Assembly (NCBI GenBank): GCA_964406775.1
Contig: CAYOSW010000004.1
Span: 7,392-71,391, forward strand
Source of the DNA: an uncultured Gammaproteobacteria bacterium
GTDB taxonomy: Bacteria; Patescibacteriota; Microgenomatia; Daviesbacterales; UBA10151
Reading direction: 5' to 3'
Length of the DNA stretch: 64,000 bases
The notes below the pieces were generated by a model. The model did not search any database. It had not been told where the DNA came from and saw nothing but the letters and a program-made list of their open reading frames with translations. Made by a program: the position numbers and the translations under genes. Of this stretch, positions 10,633-19,048 are shown in pieces; the stretch's first letter is position 1, and every line of letters starts with the position of its first letter.

Positions 10633-13600
10633 TTATTTTGCAAAAACCTCCTGGCCTAATAAAGGATAGTTCTTGGGGTGAATCTCCTCATTAATTAACC
10701 TTAAAAATTTTTGTTTACTTAAATCCCAACTGAAATTCAATGACCATACAAACGCTTCCTCAGATAATTCTCTTCTTAGTTTTGTATCTGAGATAATTTT
10801 TAATAACGCATCTGCAAACGCATTGATATTTTTTGGAGCAACCAAAATTCCGGTTTTCCCATTAACTATTGAGTCTCTAAGTCCGTTTACATCCGAAGCT
10901 ATTACCGGTGTCATACAAGCGTTTGCTTCGATTACAGTCATACCCCAGCCTTCAATCATTGAGGGCTGAACCATCACCCAGCTTTCTGTTAATAATTTAT
11001 GTTTCTCTGAATCGTTTACCCTACCCAAAAAGTGAACTGCATGTCCGATCTGCAACTGAGAAACCAATTTTTTTAATTTAACAGAGCTCTCTCCCGATCC
11101 TGCTATAGCAAAAAGCGCGTTGGGATATTTTTGCAGAATCTGCGCAAAAGCTTTAATCGCAACATCGATATTTTTGTACGGCTGCAGTCTTCCCAGATAC
11201 AGAACTTGAGGATTGGCAGTTTTTGTCAGTTTAGACGGCGTCGAAATATTTATTCCGGGATTGATAATTTCTATTTGTTTAAAATTGTCTTTTGCGAGTT
11301 TGATTATTTCAGCTTTTGATGACTGGGAAACCGTTATTACCTTTTGATTTTTGTAAACAAGCGGCATAAGTTTACCTTCTAAAAAGGATGCCAAAACCGC
11401 CAGAGGCAGAGGAAGATGGTTTCTGAATACTTCCTGGTGGATATGGTGTATTAATAAGAATTTCGGTTTTTTTACAAAAAGGGGTGTAAAGAAGGGGATT
11501 CCATTTTCAGAATCAATAACAACATCATATTTTCCTCTGAGTCTTAACATATAGTAAAGAGCTGCCCAGAAATAAACCATATAAAATCCCCCTCTTCGGA
11601 TTATTTGTATTCCGTCAATGACTTCATAGCGGGGACTATGGCCGTCACTGCCGGAGAAAACCGTAACTTGGAATCCGGCATCTACGCATTTTTTTGCTAT
11701 TTCGTGGATATATGATTCTGCACCCCCGGCCCATTTATGCTTTATGTCTCTCCAGTTAAATATCAATATTCTTTTTTGACCTTCTTTTACAGATACCGTT
11801 ATCTTTCCTTTATCCGATAAAGGCGAAAAAACAAGATCGAAGAGATCCAAAAATGCCCTTTCGGAAAGCCAGATATAATTTCTCAGGATATGCAAAAACC
11901 CCATCAAAGCAAAATTAAATGCACTTACTAAAAACATTATCCAAACGATTTGTGTTAAATTTTCGTGGAATATTGAAAGCAGAATTATTTGACCTACAGA
12001 TGCGGCAAATCCCACAACAACAAACAAGTGATTTTCTCTGGCCTGAAAGTATGAGATTACGGGCTGAGCGACGGTAAATAAAATAATTCCGGCGATGTAG
12101 ACAGGAATTAAATCCAGCACCGAGTATATCTTTGCACCGAAAAATATCGGCAGAATAACCGGTCCGAATAGAACCAGACCTAAGCCGGCCGATACTGTGA
12201 GCGATACAGTTAAGCCGAATAGAATAACAAATGTCCTGCTGCTTTTTTTATCTGCTCCTTCATTTCTTGCAACCAGCGGAAGCATTAGAGGTGCAAGCAG
12301 GGAACCGAAAAAGAACACCATTTTCCCGGGAAGAGAGAGCAGTCCGTATTGACCTGCTTCGAACGGACTTAAAAAGTGTTTTACCAAAACAACATCAAGA
12401 CCAAGAAAGGCAATATTTGTAATCCCGATTAGCAGCGAAGAAATATAAAAAGGCAGATTAAATTTAGCATGAGAGATCTGCATTTTTTTAACGGAAGGTT
12501 TACCGCTTAAAATCGAATTTAAAACAAGAGCGACAGTCATAGAAACCGGAATGGCAACGTAAACAAGATCACTCATTCCGGATTCGGTAAGCAGAATAAT
12601 CATTGATAGTTTTATTAATGCTTCAATCACTCCTACAAGAGCTATCTTGCTGAAGGACAGAGTTCCCTTCAAAAACCCCGAGAAATTAGCTCCGATTATC
12701 GCAATCAGCCAAACAGGACTGAAAATAAGGAATGGGATTGTCGAGTTTGTATTAAAGAATTTCTCCAGAAAAGGAATTGAAACTAACCAGATTAACATCA
12801 ATCCGATACCGGTAAACATTGACTTATTTACAAACTGGTCCAGATATCCTCTTGCCTGATCTTTGGAATATTTGCCGTACAGAAAAGCAATTTTTTGCGT
12901 AATTGTTGCCGAAAGTGCACCTAAAGGAATTGTCGAAATAAACAGAAAACTTGTAAAAAGATTCAGGTTGCCGTAATCCTCAAAAGTAAGTTTTCTTCCC
13001 AGATATGCATTGATAAAAAAATTACAGAAATTACTTATAAGCGATGCAAAAACCAGGGTAGAGGCTCCGAAGTAAACTTTCCTGAAACCTATTGAATCCG
13101 CTAATCTTTCCGTCAGTCTTTTTCCTATACCCGGTCTGGTAGTAGGGGAAACTGCAGCCGAGATAATGATGTCTGAGGTCTTCTCCTCAATTTCAGGCTG
13201 TTTAGCCAAATGAAGACCGTGGATTGTTTTCTCCCAGTAATGAGGTTTAACAATCAGCTGATAAAGTGCCATAACTGCCGCAACGGAACCCATTAACCAA
13301 TAGATAGGCACCAAGAATACGTATTTCATTAGCGCCCAATGATCTCTTTTTGCCGCACCGATCATATAGTTATAGATATATAAAAAGTTGCCTGCGATTA
13401 AAGAAAATACCGCGAAGTAAAAAACTACCGACGGAAAAAGAGATTCGATAAATGCCGAGGTGTATTGGTAATAAGCAAAGTAAGCAAATGTCGTGGCCCA
13501 AAGGACAGGATTGATTAACATAAACGAAATCCGGGCGCCAATGATTAATTGAAAAACAAACGCGTGCCACCCGTGATCTCTCACAAGCTCAACAGGTTTA

Positions 13601-15345
13601 CGCATATGGACTAAATAAGTCTGCATATATCCTTTAAGCCAGCGAGACCTTTGTCTTATCCAGTTTTTAACGTTACTGTTAGCTTCCTCAAGCGTTATAG
13701 AATCGATAATCGCGGTTTTATAACCCTTCTTAAAAAGTCTCACCCCTAAATCGCAATCCTCAGTAACATTAAAAGGATCCCAGCCTTCCAGCTCAATTAA
13801 GGTTTTAGTTCTAAAGTGGTTACTGGTTCCTCCTAAAGGAATAACCGTGTCGATTGATTGGAGTCCGGTTAACATCACATCAAACCAAAGTGAATATTCG
13901 GCCGTAAAGAAACGGGTTAATAAATTCTGATGAGGGTTAAAATAATTTAATTTTGCCTGGAGACAAACTATATTGGGCTTCGATTTCTTAAACGCCAGAT
14001 ATGCTTTTTTAAGCTGATCGGGTTCGGGAATATCCTCCGCATCGTAAACTACCAAGTATTCACCCTGCGCAAAATTTAATCCGTAGTTACAGGCTTTCGG
14101 CTTTGTTTTAGGCTCGCTTTCCGGAACAATAACCGTCGAGACATATTTAGGGAGACTCATCGCTTTAACAGCATCTATACTTATTTGGTCGTCTTCCTCG
14201 AGAAGCAGTTTTACATCCAGTTTATTTTTCGGATAATCAAGATTTGCTATAGCCTCTAAAAAGTGCGGAACAATATGTGCCTCCCTGTAAAGAGGACAGA
14301 GAATCGTATAAATAGGTAGACCCTCATCCTTAAGAGAAGTAAGCTCTTCCGCTGTAGAAGTAATTTCCGGCGGAAAATGCAGGCTTTTTAAAACAACATA
14401 TAGATTAAATAAAACATCAATAAAATACACAAAACTTAATATTCCGATAATTGAGATAAGCGTTGTAATGGGGCTTAAAATAATACCGATCTCTAAGATA
14501 ATTACCCCCAAAAGAATCACCAAAATCTGGCTTAAATGAAAAACTTCGAGAGCGGAGTGCTCCGGCTTTAGAGTCGTATGGGTTTTCAGCCATTTCCTGT
14601 TATGAATGAATCCCGCTCCAGCCATTGTATCGGAGGTTACCGGTTTAATCAGATAAGTTTTTCGTTTCGAAAGTTTTAATTTTAGGGCATTTTTACCGAT
14701 TTCTGCTGAAGTTTTAATGAGGTTAACTTTGGAGTGGCCGCCCGTCCGTTTATCAAAAGTAATATCTACACCGGCGATTTTAAATCCTAAATTACGAGCG
14801 GTATTCAGAAGAGCTAGATCGAGCGTCCAGGGAGTAAGTTCTTTTTCATCAATATAATCCAAAATTTCTTTACGGAATAGTTTCAAACCGGATTGCACAT
14901 CTACTTTAAATCCGTGAAGAAGTCTCCCGAAGCTGAAATTAAAAATCCTTGAGACTGTTTTCCTTAAAAATGAGGCCTGAAAACCTTTGCGGTTGGCAAC
15001 AACAACACCGTTTTCCTGAGCCTTAAAGTACATTTCCGAAATTGACTCGGGCGGATATTGTAAATCGGCATCCAACATAACTACATATTCGGATTTTGAA
15101 TGTTTTGCTCCTTCCAAAATTGAATACGCCTTGCCTGGTTTGCCTTTTTTTGTGTAGATCTCGATGGGATAACTCTCTTGCAGAAGATTAAGCACTTCCA
15201 ATGTTTTATCTGTTGAATGGTCGTCAACAAAAATCATTTTGTAGGCAATTTTTGCGTCAAGCATTGACTTGTTTATCCTCTGAATGAGGGGATAAATATT
15301 GGTTTCCTCGTTTTTAACAGGAATAATGATATCGAGATTTCTCAT
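10633..15345 (-). CDS. Giant four-domain glycan assembly protein: N-terminal GT2 (Dpm1/GtrB-like polyprenyl-phosphate glycosyltransferase), processive QxxRW-type GT2 synthase, polytopic flippase-like membrane domain, C-terminal GT4
   Basis: 1570 aa. Residues 1-230: NLDIIIPVKNEETNIYPLIQRI...FVDDHSTDKT (GT2). Residues ~330-610: second GT2 with YDAED (DxD) and QRSRWLKGY (QxxRW), then TM helices. Residues ~740-1160: about 10-12 hydrophobic helices. Residues ~1180-1570: GT4 with EGWGMTVIEANACMTPVIASD (E-x7-E). Confidence 0.75.
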   Translation of the reverse strand: MRNLDIIIPVKNEETNIYPLIQRINKSMLDAKIAYKMIFVDDHSTDKTLEVLNLLQESYPIEIYTKKGKPGKAYSILEGAKHSKSEYVVMLDADLQYPPESISEMYFKAQENGVVVANRKGFQASFLRKTVSRIFNFSFGRLLHGFKVDVQSGLKLFRKEILDYIDEKELTPWTLDLALLNTARNLGFKIAGVDITFDKRTGGHSKVNLIKTSAEIGKNALKLKLSKRKTYLIKPVTSDTMAGAGFIHNRKWLKTHTTLKPEHSALEVFHLSQILVILLGVIILEIGIILSPITTLISIIGILSFVYFIDVLFNLYVVLKSLHFPPEITSTAEELTSLKDEGLPIYTILCPLYREAHIVPHFLEAIANLDYPKNKLDVKLLLEEDDQISIDAVKAMSLPKYVSTVIVPESEPKTKPKACNYGLNFAQGEYLVVYDAEDIPEPDQLKKAYLAFKKSKPNIVCLQAKLNYFNPHQNLLTRFFTAEYSLWFDVMLTGLQSIDTVIPLGGTSNHFRTKTLIELEGWDPFNVTEDCDLGVRLFKKGYKTAIIDSITLEEANSNVKNWIRQRSRWLKGYMQTYLVHMRKPVELVRDHGWHAFVFQLIIGARISFMLINPVLWATTFAYFAYYQYTSAFIESLFPSVVFYFAVFSLIAGNFLYIYNYMIGAAKRDHWALMKYVFLVPIYWLMGSVAAVMALYQLIVKPHYWEKTIHGLHLAKQPEIEEKTSDIIISAAVSPTTRPGIGKRLTERLADSIGFRKVYFGASTLVFASLISNFCNFFINAYLGRKLTFEDYGNLNLFTSFLFISTIPLGALSATITQKIAFLYGKYSKDQARGYLDQFVNKSMFTGIGLMLIWLVSIPFLEKFFNTNSTIPFLIFSPVWLIAIIGANFSGFLKGTLSFSKIALVGVIEALIKLSMIILLTESGMSDLVYVAIPVSMTVALVLNSILSGKPSVKKMQISHAKFNLPFYISSLLIGITNIAFLGLDVVLVKHFLSPFEAGQYGLLSLPGKMVFFFGSLLAPLMLPLVARNEGADKKSSRTFVILFGLTVSLTVSAGLGLVLFGPVILPIFFGAKIYSVLDLIPVYIAGIILFTVAQPVISYFQARENHLFVVVGFAASVGQIILLSIFHENLTQIVWIMFLVSAFNFALMGFLHILRNYIWLSERAFLDLFDLVFSPLSDKGKITVSVKEGQKRILIFNWRDIKHKWAGGAESYIHEIAKKCVDAGFQVTVFSGSDGHSPRYEVIDGIQIIRRGGFYMVYFWAALYYMLRLRGKYDVVIDSENGIPFFTPLFVKKPKFLLIHHIHQEVFRNHLPLPLAVLASFLEGKLMPLVYKNQKVITVSQSSKAEIIKLAKDNFKQIEIINPGINISTPSKLTKTANPQVLYLGRLQPYKNIDVAIKAFAQILQKYPNALFAIAGSGESSVKLKKLVSQLQIGHAVHFLGRVNDSEKHKLLTESWVMVQPSMIEGWGMTVIEANACMTPVIASDVNGLRDSIVNGKTGILVAPKNINAFADALLKIISDTKLRRELSEEAFVWSLNFSWDLSKQKFLRLINEEIHPKNYPLLGQEVFAK

Positions 15346-15519
15346 TTTAGGCCCATAAAATCCGAAACTATATATAGATCAAAAATTATGAAGGCCTATA
15401 ATAACATACTCTATTATAAATTTCTAGCTTATAGTTGTTGAAATTAAATTTTTAAAAGTTTGAGTAAAAATTTTGACGAAGTCGCAAGCTTCGCTTTAGA
15501 CCTGAGTCGCAAGCTCTGC

Positions 15520-16473
15520 TTAATTGTTCAGTTTGGAGAAGGAGTAGTCGAGCATAACCTTTGCATCATCCCGCCGGTTAACGGCACCGAGTAAAACACC
15601 GAGCACTTCCTTACCGTTTTGACGGGCGAGAGTCACAAGCGTTAATCCCGCCTCAGGCGTATATCCGGTTTTTAAACCGAGCACACCGGGATAAGTTGTC
15701 AGAAGATTAATTCCCGAATACATATCATAATCCTGGTGATCGGTTGTCTTTTCTATGAAGACGTGAGGCTGGGAAGAAATATTGATAATTTCCGGCCAGG
15801 TTTTAATCAAGTATCTACTCATTAAGGCTACATCCAACGCCGTTGAATATTGGCAGGGAGCTCGGCCTTTGCACTTTTCCGGTTCTTCCTCAAGACCAGT
15901 CGGGTTTACAAACACCGTATCCCCCATTCCTAGTTGAGCCGCTTTGGAGTTCATTAGTCCAATAAACTCCTCCCGTCTACCGGTCGTGCCCTCTGAGATT
16001 GCCTCAGCAGCATCATTAGCAGAAACCAGAAAAATCCCGTCCAGAAGATTTCTTAAAGTATGTTTTTCTCCCGCCAATAAATACATCTTATCCGGCTCAG
16101 TTTCTGAGGCCCGTACAGAGATTTTGTAGATATCCTCCTGAGTTTTGTGTTCAAGAGCAATAATTGTCGTCATTATCTTCGTTAATGAGGCTATAGAGTA
16201 CTTTTCTTGTGCATTTTTTGAGTATAAAACTTGTCCTGTTGAGGTTTCAACAAAGAAGGCTCCGGAGGCTGTTATTTCCGGTGCATCCGGGAATTCCGTA
16301 TTTCTACCTTTTTCATATTTGGGAAACCAGGCGTTTGTAGAAATCTGAGTTTTCGAAATACCCAAAACGGGTGAAGCTAAACCGGCACTCTTAAATAGCT
16401 CCGAAGATTTAACAATCACAAACGACCCCAAAAAGACGATTAGGAGTAAGATGGCAGAGAGTTTAAGCTTCAT
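15520..16473 (-). CDS. dacA: D-alanyl-D-alanine carboxypeptidase (serine-type, PBP5/6-like)
   Basis: SLTK (SxxK), SANDAA (SxN) and KTGYT (KTG) motifs, plus an N-terminal signal/TM segment. Confidence 0.8.
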   Translation of the reverse strand: MKLKLSAILLLIVFLGSFVIVKSSELFKSAGLASPVLGISKTQISTNAWFPKYEKGRNTEFPDAPEITASGAFFVETSTGQVLYSKNAQEKYSIASLTKIMTTIIALEHKTQEDIYKISVRASETEPDKMYLLAGEKHTLRNLLDGIFLVSANDAAEAISEGTTGRREEFIGLMNSKAAQLGMGDTVFVNPTGLEEEPEKCKGRAPCQYSTALDVALMSRYLIKTWPEIINISSQPHVFIEKTTDHQDYDMYSGINLLTTYPGVLGLKTGYTPEAGLTLVTLARQNGKEVLGVLLGAVNRRDDAKVMLDYSFSKLNN

Positions 16474-16475
16474 AA

Positions 16476-17561
16476 CTACTGGCGTCCGGCATCCTTAGGC
16501 GGAGTAAGAAGCAGATTCGGTATCTGAATTGAAAAACTGTCGTGTTTGTTTAATATTTTTTCTTTAAGAATTATCGATGGATTTGGTGTTCCCCAAAAAT
16601 TCGGGCCGAATATAAAACTTCCGTTACATCCGCTCGTAAAACTGACTTGTCCAAGAATGATATTGTCCCTTATTTTTACGGCGCTGTCGCAGGCTATACT
16701 GATTAGACTATTACCGGAGAAATAATTACGGGCAATTAAGCCTTCCTGGAGTTGGCCTCCGGAAATAAAATCAATGACTGTGCGCTTAGGCATCTCAAAG
16801 CTGTTACGGGTAATAAAAGGCACGGAAATTCTTCTTGCATCGACCCTAATTCCGTCACCGTCAAGATTTTGGAATAAATTATTATCTATCTCCGGACTTG
16901 CCCTGTATACCAAAACCGATTGTCTTAACCCGCTTCCGAAATTACTGTTATAAATTCTGGGTTTCCCCCGGTCCATACATAGAGAGCATTCCCCAGTATC
17001 CGAGAACTTGGAGTTTGAGATGTCAGTATTACCGCCTATCTCAAATTTCCTATAATCTGAAAAAAATCCGTTGTTTATATTCCCTTTTCTGATCTTAATT
17101 ACATTAATGTCATAAGGGCTCGGATCGACAGAGTCGGATTTAAACACCGCAGGATTTGCAGAGGTACCTTGAACAACTAAATTATTCAGATGAATCTGAA
17201 TTTTTTCTCCTTCATCCCAAAAAGGCTCCCCTGGAGCAACCCCCCGGGAGAACAGGCCTGTATTTACCCCGCTTTTTTGGTGCCAGGGAAGAAAATCCAT
17301 ATTCGATTTATCGCCGGTAATAGCAACTTTTACTAAAGTTCCAGGCATTACTATTATTGTCGTGTCTGCCGGAGAAAAGATGTCTCCTGTTACGGAAATT
17401 TCGCCTTCCCAAACCTGATCCGATAAGATCAGACCATAGACCTCTGTATCCTTAATGTGCTGAACCGGCAAAATTCTCGGCACTCCGAAAAAAAAGGCTA
17501 AACCCAGAAAAAGGGTCGACGAGGCAATAATCAGAACTTTAAAAAACCAGTGGAGTTTCAT
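16476..17561 (-). CDS. Secreted/membrane-anchored right-handed beta-helix repeat protein (possible polysaccharide-active enzyme)
   Basis: N-terminal TM/signal segment. Repetitive G/N/S-rich segments are consistent with parallel beta-helix repeats. First gene of the minus-strand glycan operon. Confidence 0.4.
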   Translation of the reverse strand: MKLHWFFKVLIIASSTLFLGLAFFFGVPRILPVQHIKDTEVYGLILSDQVWEGEISVTGDIFSPADTTIIVMPGTLVKVAITGDKSNMDFLPWHQKSGVNTGLFSRGVAPGEPFWDEGEKIQIHLNNLVVQGTSANPAVFKSDSVDPSPYDINVIKIRKGNINNGFFSDYRKFEIGGNTDISNSKFSDTGECSLCMDRGKPRIYNSNFGSGLRQSVLVYRASPEIDNNLFQNLDGDGIRVDARRISVPFITRNSFEMPKRTVIDFISGGQLQEGLIARNYFSGNSLISIACDSAVKIRDNIILGQVSFTSGCNGSFIFGPNFWGTPNPSIILKEKILNKHDSFSIQIPNLLLTPPKDAGRQ

Positions 17562-17577
17562 CAGAAAATCTCAAGTA

Positions 17578-18315
17578 TTGACTTATTATCTTAGCATACC
17601 CAACAATAGAGATATGGTCCGTTTCCTGCCAATACTGCTCATTATAGGTGCAATCGTCGCGCTTCTTAACTATACACCCGTAAAAAGAGAGCTCGCTTAT
17701 AAATTGGGGATTTCCGGGGATAAAACTACTTCCTGCTGTGACCCGAATAACCTCTCTAAAACCGGAGACTTTGACGAGACAGCCAATATCGCAATTTATA
17801 ATAACGAGACAATTGATTATCCTAAAACTTCACTTGCCCAGGCTATTAAGAACATCGCCATTAAGGAAACCAAGGTTCTCGGAACGACTAATGCCTCAGG
17901 ACAGGAAAAATGGATAGATGTGTCTCTGGACGAACAGAAGTTAAGAGCCTATGAGGGCGATACTGTGGTTATGGAATTTCCCATATCTTCCGGAAAATGG
18001 GGACCGACGCCTAAAGGTGAGTTTAATATCTGGTATAAAACCCGCGCCCAGGTTATGAGCGGAGGCTCAAAAGAACTCGGAACATATTATTACCTACCTA
18101 ACGTCCCGAACAATATGTTTTTCTATCAGGGATATGCTATTCACGGAGCGTATTGGCATAATAACTTCGGTCAACCAATGAGTCACGGATGTGTAAATGC
18201 GCCGCTTGCTCAGGTTGCAGAGCTTTTTGAATGGACTGGACCCGTTCTTCCTGCGGGCACTAACGCTTTAAGAGCCAGTTCGGATAATCCTGGAACCCGC
18301 GTAAACGTACATTAG
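17578..18315 (+). CDS. L,D-transpeptidase (YkuD domain)
   Basis: YAIHGAYWHNNFGQPMSHGCVNAP is the catalytic His / SHGC Cys motif. N-terminal TM anchor. The true start is possibly the internal Met (MVRFLPILL). Confidence 0.8.
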   Translation: MTYYLSIPNNRDMVRFLPILLIIGAIVALLNYTPVKRELAYKLGISGDKTTSCCDPNNLSKTGDFDETANIAIYNNETIDYPKTSLAQAIKNIAIKETKVLGTTNASGQEKWIDVSLDEQKLRAYEGDTVVMEFPISSGKWGPTPKGEFNIWYKTRAQVMSGGSKELGTYYYLPNVPNNMFFYQGYAIHGAYWHNNFGQPMSHGCVNAPLAQVAELFEWTGPVLPAGTNALRASSDNPGTRVNVH

Positions 18316-18998
18316 TCTTTTAAGACTGTAGTTTTTAAATTAACTCCATCGTACTTAAACTCAAAAGTTACTTTTGAATCAAGGTTATTCTTAATATAAA
18401 GGTTTTGATTTGCAGAAGCTGCAACCGAATCCGGGCTTGCATAAACCGCAACTCCGTACTCCTTCGGTATTTCCGGAATCGGATAAAAGTCGTGGTTTGA
18501 AGGAGCAATAGATTCCAATCCCGCATCAAGAGCAGCCCAGTGAATTAACGAAGCTAAATGGCAAACACCCATTCCGTATAATCCACCTTCAAATTTATAT
18601 CCGTCTCCGGCACCGAAGTTCGTATGAGCCGTAACAGTAACATTATCCTTATATTCATCGGCAATAATATCGTGGTAAGCGAATCTTTGTCCCGGTTCAA
18701 GGCTGAAAGTCATAGTAAAAGGCTGATCTAAAGCTTCCCAATTGATGTCTTTTGAGGATTTAACCTTACCAGAAAGATAGGCTAAATTAAGTAAAATGTT
18801 GTCTTTGTAGACGTTTTCAGGCAGATCATAACCATATCTCTTATCAAGAGATATTGATCTTGAAGAAAGCTCAGTTTGTGCGTGAGCCTGCACCTTGAGC
18901 TCAGCTGAGCTCGTAGGCTGAATCTGTGCTTCGGAAAGCATTAAAGTCGAGGCTGTAAGTAATGAAACAAAGGCAGTTTGTATCATAATTGAACTCAA
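18312..18998 (-). CDS. VanW-like domain protein (secreted)
   Basis: GGLYGMGVCHLASLIHWAALDAGL ... YGVAVYASPDS resembles the VanW core (G-x-C-Q/H-x-S-x-L-x-x-A-x-L-x-AGL). N-terminal signal peptide. Confidence 0.55.
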   Translation of the reverse strand: MSSIMIQTAFVSLLTASTLMLSEAQIQPTSSAELKVQAHAQTELSSRSISLDKRYGYDLPENVYKDNILLNLAYLSGKVKSSKDINWEALDQPFTMTFSLEPGQRFAYHDIIADEYKDNVTVTAHTNFGAGDGYKFEGGLYGMGVCHLASLIHWAALDAGLESIAPSNHDFYPIPEIPKEYGVAVYASPDSVAASANQNLYIKNNLDSKVTFEFKYDGVNLKTTVLKD

Positions 18999-19048
18999 TA
19001 CTATAGCATACTATGGGTTAATAATCAAATCTATAGGCTCTCTTTTTC

